From the NCBI GenBank assembly GCA_963706575.1, contig CAVPNL010000008.1, forward strand, positions 160,001 to 224,000: a DNA stretch of 64,000 nt, read 5' to 3'. Positions 56,665 through 64,000 of this stretch are shown piece after piece. Positions within the stretch are counted from its first letter, which is position 1, and every line of letters starts with the position of its first letter. The stretch comes from an uncultured delta proteobacterium (lineage in GTDB: Bacteria > Desulfobacterota > Desulfobacteria > Desulfobacterales > JAHEIW01). Both the position numbers and the translations under genes were made by a program. Below the pieces are notes generated by a model that worked only from the letters and a program-made list of their open reading frames with translations, was not told where the DNA came from and did no database searches.

Positions 56665-58995
56665 ATGCAAGATCAGGTATTCACATTTCTGGCCGATCAG
56701 GCGCCGTTTTCGATACTGCCAGAAGCGGAACTCAAACAACTCAGTGAAGGCGTATCCGCTGAAACTTATTCCAGCGGTCACAGCCTGTCCGTACAGGGTC
56801 GAACGAAACTGGATCACATATACCTTATAAAGGACGGGTTGCTGGAGCTTTTTTATGAAAGCGACGGCGAAAAAGAATTGAGCGGCACTTTGGGACCAGG
56901 CGAAATTTTCGGCGGCATTTCAATTTTAATGAATGCCGGCATATCGGTTCGGTCGGTCAAAATTGTCGAGGATGCCACCTTATATTTGCTGCCCAATAAT
57001 GTATTTCTGGATATCTGTACCCTGCATACGGATTTTTATGAGTATTTCGCCGAGAAGTTTCGCAATCGAATGATGAACAAATCTTACGCATCCGTGGTGG
57101 CTGCCGGCCAGGCGCTTCATTTTCTGCATGAACTGGCGCCTTTTTCATTTCTGCCTGAAGCCGATTTGGAAAAAATGGCGGCGGCCGTCTCTATTATCAA
57201 CTATCCCAAAGATACGATTTTGTTTGTGCAGGGTCACTCCAAAATCGATTATCTCTATATCATCCAGAAGGGGGCGGCCGAGCGCTATTTCGAGGAAAAA
57301 GACAAAAAAACCCTGCGCGGAATGATCGGAGAGGGTGATATGTACGGCGGCATTTCCATGCTGATGAACAATGGAATTGCCATCCGCTCATTAAGGGTTA
57401 CCGAGGATTCCTACTTCTATATTTTACCCAGAGAGATGTTTTTAGATGCCTGTGCTCGGTTTGATACGTTTTCCGACTTTTTCACCGACATTTTCGGTAA
57501 ACGGATGCTGGATCGGTCCTATGCCGAAATAATCGCCAGCAATCTCAGGCCTACGGAACGGAGGACCGAGTTTTTTAATTTGCCGGTTGAAACGATTTAC
57601 AACAAGGACCTGGTCTTTTGTGATCAGAATATGCCGATCCAGGCGGCAGCGTCGGTCATGAGCGAGCACAACACCAGTTCAATTTTTATTCGAGAACCCA
57701 GAGGAGAGTTTGTCGGGGTCGTAACCGATAATGATTTAAGAAAAAAAGTTACGGCCACCGGCTACGATATTTTAAGGCCGGTTTCCGATATCATGTCGTC
57801 ACCCCTGTCTATGATTTCCAAACAGGCCCTTATTTTCGAGGCCTTAATGGAAATGATGCAAAAAAATATCAAACACCTTGCGGTAACCGACAATGGCGAC
57901 AAGGTTGTTGGGGTGGTTACCAACCGGGATCTGCTGAAGGCGCAGGGACAGTCACCTTTTTTCGTCATCCGCGAGATTGCCCAGGCCAGATTTATCAACC
58001 AGATTGTGCAGATTCACAAGCAGGTCCCGCAATTGATTCAGACCCTGATCAACACCGGTGCGAAAGCCCGAAATGTGACCCGTTTTCTAACAACGGTTTC
58101 AGATGCCGTCCTGCAAAAAATCATTGGATTCACCCTTGACGAATTTGGCCCGCCACCGGTGAAATTTGTGTTTATGATATTGGGCAGCGAGGGCAGAAGG
58201 GAGCAAACCCTCAAAACCGACCAGGACAACGCCATTATATTTGAGGATGTGCCCGCTGATTCGCTTCAAAAAGTAACAAAATATTTTTTAAAATTCGGCG
58301 ATCGGGTCTGCAACTGGCTGGATGAAGCCGGTTATGCTTTTTGCAAAGGCGGGATTATGGCCAAAAATGCCAATTGGTGCCAGCCGCTGTCAACCTGGAA
58401 AGGCTATTTTAAACGCTGGATTCATACGGCTGAGCCGGAAGCGCTGCTGCGGGCCAGTATTTTCTTCGATTTCAGGGCGGGATACGGTGATGAAGACCTT
58501 ATTGCTCAGCTGCGCCAGTACCTGTTTGATTCACTGGCGGGGTGGCCGGGTTTTTTCCGCCACATGGCGGAAAATGCATTGTATTTTACACCACCGATTG
58601 GTTTTTTCCGAAATTTTGTGGTGGAGTCCAAAGGCGAGCACCGCGATGCCTTTGATATAAAAGCTGCCATGCAGCCAATTGTGGATTACGCCAGAATATA
58701 TGCCCTTAATAACCAGATCGACGAAACCAATACCCTGGAACGGATGAATCAACTGCTGACAATCAAAAAAATCAGCTGGCAAGAGCACAATGAGATCGAG
58801 ACGGCTTACAGCTATCTGATGCAGCAGCGGATGGTGCGCCAGGTAAAAGCCATGGTTGAGGAAAACGCCGCGCCCGACAATTACATCAACCCAAAAAAAT
58901 TATCACGCATCGAGCAGACCATGTTGAAAGAGATTTTCAAGCGCATCGAAAAATTCCAGGGTAAACTCAGTTTTGATTTTACCGGGATGACTTAA
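56665..58995 (+). CDS. Tandem cNMP-binding + CBS pair + DUF294/DUF294_C putative nucleotidyltransferase
   Basis: Two repeats of PFS.LPEA.L...LGPGEIFGG / IGEGDMYGG, CBS motifs (GVVTDNDL, IKHLAV), LGSEGRREQTLKTDQDNA, IFFDFR, FDIK. Confidence 0.88.
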   Translation: MQDQVFTFLADQAPFSILPEAELKQLSEGVSAETYSSGHSLSVQGRTKLDHIYLIKDGLLELFYESDGEKELSGTLGPGEIFGGISILMNAGISVRSVKIVEDATLYLLPNNVFLDICTLHTDFYEYFAEKFRNRMMNKSYASVVAAGQALHFLHELAPFSFLPEADLEKMAAAVSIINYPKDTILFVQGHSKIDYLYIIQKGAAERYFEEKDKKTLRGMIGEGDMYGGISMLMNNGIAIRSLRVTEDSYFYILPREMFLDACARFDTFSDFFTDIFGKRMLDRSYAEIIASNLRPTERRTEFFNLPVETIYNKDLVFCDQNMPIQAAASVMSEHNTSSIFIREPRGEFVGVVTDNDLRKKVTATGYDILRPVSDIMSSPLSMISKQALIFEALMEMMQKNIKHLAVTDNGDKVVGVVTNRDLLKAQGQSPFFVIREIAQARFINQIVQIHKQVPQLIQTLINTGAKARNVTRFLTTVSDAVLQKIIGFTLDEFGPPPVKFVFMILGSEGRREQTLKTDQDNAIIFEDVPADSLQKVTKYFLKFGDRVCNWLDEAGYAFCKGGIMAKNANWCQPLSTWKGYFKRWIHTAEPEALLRASIFFDFRAGYGDEDLIAQLRQYLFDSLAGWPGFFRHMAENALYFTPPIGFFRNFVVESKGEHRDAFDIKAAMQPIVDYARIYALNNQIDETNTLERMNQLLTIKKISWQEHNEIETAYSYLMQQRMVRQVKAMVEENAAPDNYINPKKLSRIEQTMLKEIFKRIEKFQGKLSFDFTGMT

Positions 58996-59108
58996 GACAA
59001 ACCACAAACCGGCATCATCTGTTTGACGAGCGCTATAACAGCTACCGCCATAACTGTATCCGCATTATCTCTCCATTCATGATTCCCTTCACCCCTCTGA
59101 AACCACTT

Positions 59109-59549
59109 TTATTCAAGTGCCCTGGAAATAAGTCGAACCTCACGTTCGATGTTGGATATCTGGTCTAATAGACCATCCGGCGGGTTATCACCCGAAAACT
59201 TGTGTTGGGTTATTTTGTATTGCAAATTCAGATATTGCTTATTGAGCTGAATAAATGCTTTATCACGATCTTCAGATATGCTTTGTGGTGCCTTTTGTTG
59301 AGCAAGGCTTCTTTTGGTTTTCTTTCTACGGCGAACGCTCAGCACGCCGATAACCCCCACCGCCAATAGGACCAGAATCGTGCTTTTTGGAATTAGAACG
59401 GAGGGATTGCTATGTGGTACTGCAAGATGTTGTTGCCGGTCATCGTCTGGAATTACTGGCTTTTTGCGTATCTCAAGAAATCCCAGAATCCCGCTCCCGA
59501 TGATCAGCACGCTGATTGATGCAATATATGCGAGGTTCTTTATTCTCAT
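59109..59549 (-). CDS. Membrane protein with an internal PEP-CTERM-like segment
   Basis: N-terminal hydrophobic segment, then IPKSTILVLLAVGVIGVLSVRRRKK, then a helical tail. Confidence 0.6.
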   Translation of the reverse strand: MRIKNLAYIASISVLIIGSGILGFLEIRKKPVIPDDDRQQHLAVPHSNPSVLIPKSTILVLLAVGVIGVLSVRRRKKTKRSLAQQKAPQSISEDRDKAFIQLNKQYLNLQYKITQHKFSGDNPPDGLLDQISNIEREVRLISRALE

Positions 59550-59663
59550 TTTAACAAGTTGCCGTTCGATGGGTTGTAAAGGTGGGTTTGCTGTGCCGGC
59601 ATCAATTCGATGCGCGTATTTTTTAAATTGGCCTTCGCGGATTGCCGGTACGCCAATAACACA

Positions 59664-59679
59664 TGCAAAATTTGCGCCT
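59664..59679 (-). promoter_or_regulatory. Possible sigma54 -24/-12 promoter
   Basis: Minus strand AGGCGCAAATTTTGCA (GG-N10-GC) upstream of ORF 59549. Confidence 0.5.
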
Positions 59680-60166
59680 TGCGTTTACCAATAATGCTTA
59701 CATTGACTATACGCCCTATAGGTGCGGTGCGACAGTGAAACAAAAATTAATAGGATGGTTTTTGCGCTAGTCAAATGATAAAGAAGTTATAATTTAGTGC
59801 AACCTGATGTGCAACAAAAAAATACACATCATACTGAAATAATTATAAATACAACTATAATGAATCGTGTAATCTTCATCGCTTGAGCCGTAATTTAGTC
59901 GATTGAAAGTGATTCATTTACTAGAAACTATCTCAATCTTCGGAGATCATCCGATCCGGCTAAGCGATTATCGGGACAAAGTCATTTACCTTGTGAAAAA
60001 TGAAAATGATTCTGCCAGTCCATGGCGGAAACCGACAGTTCATGTTACCAGGGGGATATTTCATGGCTGAAACGTCCCCCTTTGCTTATCAAGCTACGGC
60101 GCGGCAAGCAGGTCATGGGAGAGCCAAATGTGATGATGAAATAAAATAGTAAGTCAGTCGATTCAT

Positions 60167-60201
60167 AAAAAAACGGATTTAGCTGTTGGCTGAATCCGTT
60201 T
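60167..60201 (-). terminator. Terminator of the aminotransferase gene
   Basis: Minus strand AAACGGATTCAGC-caaca-GCTAAATCCGTTTTTTT. Confidence 0.7.
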
Positions 60202-60234
60202 CGCATTTTACGATTTCAAGAGACCGGCAGACAA

Positions 60235-61566
60235 TTAAATCTTAGATAATACCTCCTCTAAAATGGCTATAGCCGTACCTACTTGTTCTTCTGTTATGAC
60301 CAGTGGAGGACAAAGGCGAACCGTATTCGTACCCAATCCACCTGTAGGAATTCCGCCACCTATAAGTAAACCCCGATCTTCGCATTCTGTAACCAATTTA
60401 AACGTACGATCCACAGCCGGCTTTCTGCTTGCTCTCGATTCAATAATTTCCATTCCCAGGAAAAGACCCTTGCCCCGGACGTCACCGATAATTTCGAATT
60501 TTGTCTGAAGCTCCTCGAGGCCCTTTTTCAAAAGTGCTCCCATTTTAGAGCTTTTCTCCAGCAGGTTTTCACTTTCAATCACATCTATATTCGCTAATGC
60601 TACTGCACATTGGAAGGAATCCCCCATGTGCGTAGCACCCTGATCGAAAGCATTGGCGACCGCTCTTTCGGCGATATCATCGGTTGTAATCACAGCGGCT
60701 GCGGGAACACCCTGACCGAGCGCTTTTGACGTGGTCAGGATATCCGGCACGATATCATAGTGTTCAAAGCCAAACCACTTTCCCGTTCGACCCATACCCG
60801 TGAGTGATTCATCAATGATCAGTAACATTTCTCTTTCGTAACAAATCTGTTGCAGGCGCCGAACCCATGCTGCAGGTGGGACGATTGTACCTCCAGCGCC
60901 CTGCATCATTTCGATCAGCATCGCTGCAGGCTGGCCGCAAGTCGTTCTATCGATAACGTCCTCGGCGTAGGAAAGACATGAGAGGTTGCATGGAAGCGTC
61001 TCGTTAAAAGCACACCGGTAGCAATACGGGGAAGGAATAAAAGCCGATCCGGGTAGAAGAGGCCCATAGCCGGAGCGAGCACCCCTGCTAAGGCTGGTAT
61101 AAGACTGGCTGCCTGCTGTTCTGCCGTGGTAACCTCTCAAAAGGGCGACCACTTCAAAGCGACCGGTATATTTTTTTGCAAGCCGCAGTGCAGCCTCGAC
61201 AGACTCAGACCCCGTGGACAGAAAAAAAGATTTCGTAAGTGGATCAGGAACAATTTCAGAAAGTTTTTTTGCCAGAAGCACACGTGGCATATTCAAAACC
61301 CTTATGCTATTTTGCATGAGCAACTCGATTTGCTCCCTTATTCGCTTAAGAACCACGGGATGACTGTGCCCGGCTACCATTGCCATTTGGCCTGATTCGA
61401 AGTCCAAATACTTCTTCCCCTCGACATCCCAGACTTCAACGCCTTTTCCTTTTTCCAGCACAATAGATCGGGTTTTCCTAACCTGAGTTCGATATTTACG
61501 ATCCAATTCAACCCAATAATCATTTTTCCTGGTTATCTCTTCTCGATTTAAGCGATCTTCTTGCAT
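60235..61566 (-). CDS. Class III PLP aminotransferase (2,2-dialkylglycine decarboxylase-like)
   Basis: DFESGQM...GHSHP, STGSESVEAALRLAK, GYHG, IDESLTGMGRTG, PDILTTSKALG, DVRGKGL. Confidence 0.88.
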   Translation of the reverse strand: MQEDRLNREEITRKNDYWVELDRKYRTQVRKTRSIVLEKGKGVEVWDVEGKKYLDFESGQMAMVAGHSHPVVLKRIREQIELLMQNSIRVLNMPRVLLAKKLSEIVPDPLTKSFFLSTGSESVEAALRLAKKYTGRFEVVALLRGYHGRTAGSQSYTSLSRGARSGYGPLLPGSAFIPSPYCYRCAFNETLPCNLSCLSYAEDVIDRTTCGQPAAMLIEMMQGAGGTIVPPAAWVRRLQQICYEREMLLIIDESLTGMGRTGKWFGFEHYDIVPDILTTSKALGQGVPAAAVITTDDIAERAVANAFDQGATHMGDSFQCAVALANIDVIESENLLEKSSKMGALLKKGLEELQTKFEIIGDVRGKGLFLGMEIIESRASRKPAVDRTFKLVTECEDRGLLIGGGIPTGGLGTNTVRLCPPLVITEEQVGTAIAILEEVLSKI

Positions 61567-61861
61567 ATTAATTTCTCCTCACGTTCAGAAATTTCATAAT
61601 TACTGCCTGAACGAAAAGCCACATTTTTTTTATGAAATATGGCTGCAAACGATGCTTTTTAAAAAGGAATAGCCATTTTGAACCAGGATTTTAATAACAT
61701 TCAGTAATCAGAACTTCAATTTTTTAATGATAAATGACCAAGAAATTTCAAATAAGGGAATTCATACCAACGCTATAATGAAAAATAGGGAAGTCGATTC
61801 TATTTATATGTTTTAGATTTTAATTGGGGTTCTGGTACACAGGCAGGTGTGCATTCAAAAC

Positions 61862-61891
61862 AAAAAAGGCGTAACCTTAGTTACGCCTTTT
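61862..61891 (-). terminator. Terminator after the tRNA-Leu fragment
   Basis: Minus strand AAAAGGCGTAAC-taag-GTTACGCCTTTTTT. Confidence 0.75.
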
Positions 61892-61899
61892 GAAATAGG

Positions 61900-61919
61900 T
61901 GGTGCCGAAGGCCGGATTT
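61900..61919 (-). mobile_element. 3' end of tRNA-Leu, a probable att site of a second island
   Basis: Minus strand AAATCCGGCCTTCGGCACCA, the T-arm 3' strand, acceptor and CCA of GCCGAAG-type tRNA-Leu. The rest of the tRNA is absent and a terminator follows. Confidence 0.7.
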
Positions 61920-62333
61920 ATAAAATTTATAATGATATTAAATAGTTAATAAGCTCAAAGCTAGTTTAAGCGACATGAAGCTAGTTTTTGTACAGTCCTG
62001 GCTGCATATTCGCATATCATTTGCATATCAATTCTCATTTCTCTACTCATAAGCAGGCTCTTTTTTCCGATTGGATTTAGAAATCCATAAAAAACCCCAA
62101 TGTGCAATTAAGGCACCCATTAAAAGGCGCCTGTCCTTGCAAAAAGTTAAAGACTTGCTTATGCATTATATAATCGGATACTCCGAAAGCTATAGCAAGG
62201 TGTCTACAGTTTCGCATTTCCTATGAAAAGTAACTCCGACGTCGGCTCCCGAGGGTTATTTTCAGCGATATAAAAGAAAAATTTTTTAAGAGGCGCACCC
62301 AAAAATATACAACCATCCACAGGGGGAATCCTT

Positions 62334-63464
62334 ATGAACGAAGCAGAAAAAAATACCCAAGAAAAAACATACATAGGACCCGCAATTGACATAGCGATTC
62401 GGATAGGTGCCATAGCCCTTTTGATAGCACTTTGCTTCATTTTTTTAAGACCCTTTATCTCTCCGGTGATGTGGGGAATCATCCTTGCTATCACATTACA
62501 CCCCGCTTGCAGAAGACTCAGCGGCATATTGGGTGGCCGTGTTAAGTTGGCGTCTGCCATCATTACTGCAGTCATGCTGCTTGGTATCATCCTGCCCAGC
62601 ATCCAGATGGTAGACTCGCTTGTCGGTGGTACAAAATATATCAACGAGAGGATACAGCGCAGCGAAATAAAAGTGCCGCCTCCACCAGATAATATCGATA
62701 CGTGGCCCCTAATCGGCAAGTCATTGAAGAACGAGTGGCTTGAGGCTTCAGAAAACCTCAAAGCAACGCTGATCCGGTTTCAACCTCAGCTCAAAGCAAT
62801 GGGTTTATGGCTGCTGAAGTCGGCGATGGGCACCGCTCTGGGATTGCTCCAATTTGCACTTTCAATTGTCATTGCTGGAATCTTTATGGCTAATGCAAGG
62901 GAAAGTGGAAAAATGGCAAGAGACCTGTTTATGCGCTTGGCAGGAGACCGTGGCGTTAATTTTGCTGATATTGCGAACAAAACCGTGCACAATGTGGTCA
63001 AAGGGATTCTTGGTGTTGCCATTATTCAGTCATTGTTGGCAGGTACTGGGTTTTTCGTAGCCGGGGTACCGGCAGCTGGTCTTTGGGCTTTTCTCTGTCT
63101 GTTTTTGGCCATTATTCAAATCGGTATTTTTCCGGTTGTCATTCCGGTCATCATCTACATGTTCTCCAGTGCAGACACTTTTACTGCTGGATTGTTGACC
63201 GGCTGGCTCATTCTGGTGTCATTATTGGATAATTTTTTGAAGCCCATACTTTTAGGACGCGGTGCTCCGGTGCCTATGCTCGTCATTTTTCTGGGTGCGA
63301 TCGGAGGATTTATTTCAATGGGATTTATGGGTCTATTTGTTGGTGCCGTCATCTTATCCATAGGATTCAAACTCTTCAGGGTCTGGCTCGATGACATTTC
63401 GCAATCCAACACAAACGGCGGTCCTGATGACTTTTCCAGCGACAAGTCCAAAGCCGTAGGCTAA
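62334..63464 (+). CDS. AI-2E family transporter (PerM/YdiK-like)
   Basis: PFISPVMWGIILAITLHP, VVKGILGVAIIQ, DNFLKPILLGRG...GAIGG...GLFVGAV. Confidence 0.88.
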   Translation: MNEAEKNTQEKTYIGPAIDIAIRIGAIALLIALCFIFLRPFISPVMWGIILAITLHPACRRLSGILGGRVKLASAIITAVMLLGIILPSIQMVDSLVGGTKYINERIQRSEIKVPPPPDNIDTWPLIGKSLKNEWLEASENLKATLIRFQPQLKAMGLWLLKSAMGTALGLLQFALSIVIAGIFMANARESGKMARDLFMRLAGDRGVNFADIANKTVHNVVKGILGVAIIQSLLAGTGFFVAGVPAAGLWAFLCLFLAIIQIGIFPVVIPVIIYMFSSADTFTAGLLTGWLILVSLLDNFLKPILLGRGAPVPMLVIFLGAIGGFISMGFMGLFVGAVILSIGFKLFRVWLDDISQSNTNGGPDDFSSDKSKAVG

Positions 63465-64000
63465 ATAATGTATTTCGAAACGCGCTCTATACTTCAAGTC
63501 TGCGGGAGTTCAGAAATACTTGTCGCCAAAAAATCACCGTGGTTTAGGGTTCTTTTGCTCAATATGGTAATACAGCTATTAATCCGTGGTTTTAGACAAC
63601 ATGAAATTTGAAGATTGGCAGATGCAATCGTCAAAGGCGTGAATGATTTAATTTCGGCCATGTTTACACAATCAATGGTGAGGCTGAAAGCATTTCATTT
63701 CGCTTACCAATACACATGGCAAACCATTAACGCTGTGTGAGAATCTGTGTGAGAAAAGTGTTTTAAAATTTGCGTAAATCCGAACAAATCAAAATGGTTG
63801 CCTGCTTTTTCAATCATTATTTTGATTTGATGTATCTTCCACCGACGATGCGTATTCCCAACCGCCGCCCAGAGATTTGTAGAGGCGCACTAAATTGGCT
63901 GTCGCGGCTCCTGTGCTCAGGCTCAATTCATTCTGTAGGACAATTAGGGAACGCTGTGCGTCCAGAACATTATTGAAATCTGCCAGTCCGGCCTGATATT

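Noticed and set aside
62100..62330. Riboswitch upstream of the AI-2E transporter
   Set aside because: No recognisable c-di-GMP or other aptamer consensus.

Overview
64 kb of a bacterial chromosome, most likely a sulfate-reducing Desulfobacterota (Desulfobacterales-like). This is inferred from qrcABCD, the ahbC-hemB-ahbD alternative heme pathway, system II cytochrome c maturation and an AOR-family oxidoreductase. The centre is core genome: ihfB, ppiA, plsY, an ispH-UbiA fusion, parA/parB, fusA, tRNA-Ala(GGC), ppiD, uvrD-like helicase, resB/ccsA, qrc, murA, comEC, ahb and a ClpX-like ATPase. A ~15 kb acetate/propionate cluster follows, with acs, an SSS permease, prpE, a stand-alone receiver, a membrane pseudokinase-DEDDh exonuclease fusion, an SLC5-fused histidine kinase, a small membrane partner and a 2x cNMP-CBS-DUF294 nucleotidyltransferase. 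This cluster is the best candidate for an uncharacterised writer/eraser signalling system. Both ends look like island boundaries: a tRNA-Phe 3' half at 785-829 beside a HEPN/MNT toxin-antitoxin pair, and a tRNA-Leu 3' end at 61900-61919. Intergenic spaces carry many palindromic repeats, including a MITE-like hairpin family with covarying stems, a nested 2x48-bp insertion and a ~255-bp two-copy leader-like element. An unlisted 52-aa membrane ORF sits inside the qrc operon. plsY and the SLC5 kinase carry single-base frameshifts that may be assembly errors. No CRISPR array, rRNA, integrase or transposase was seen.
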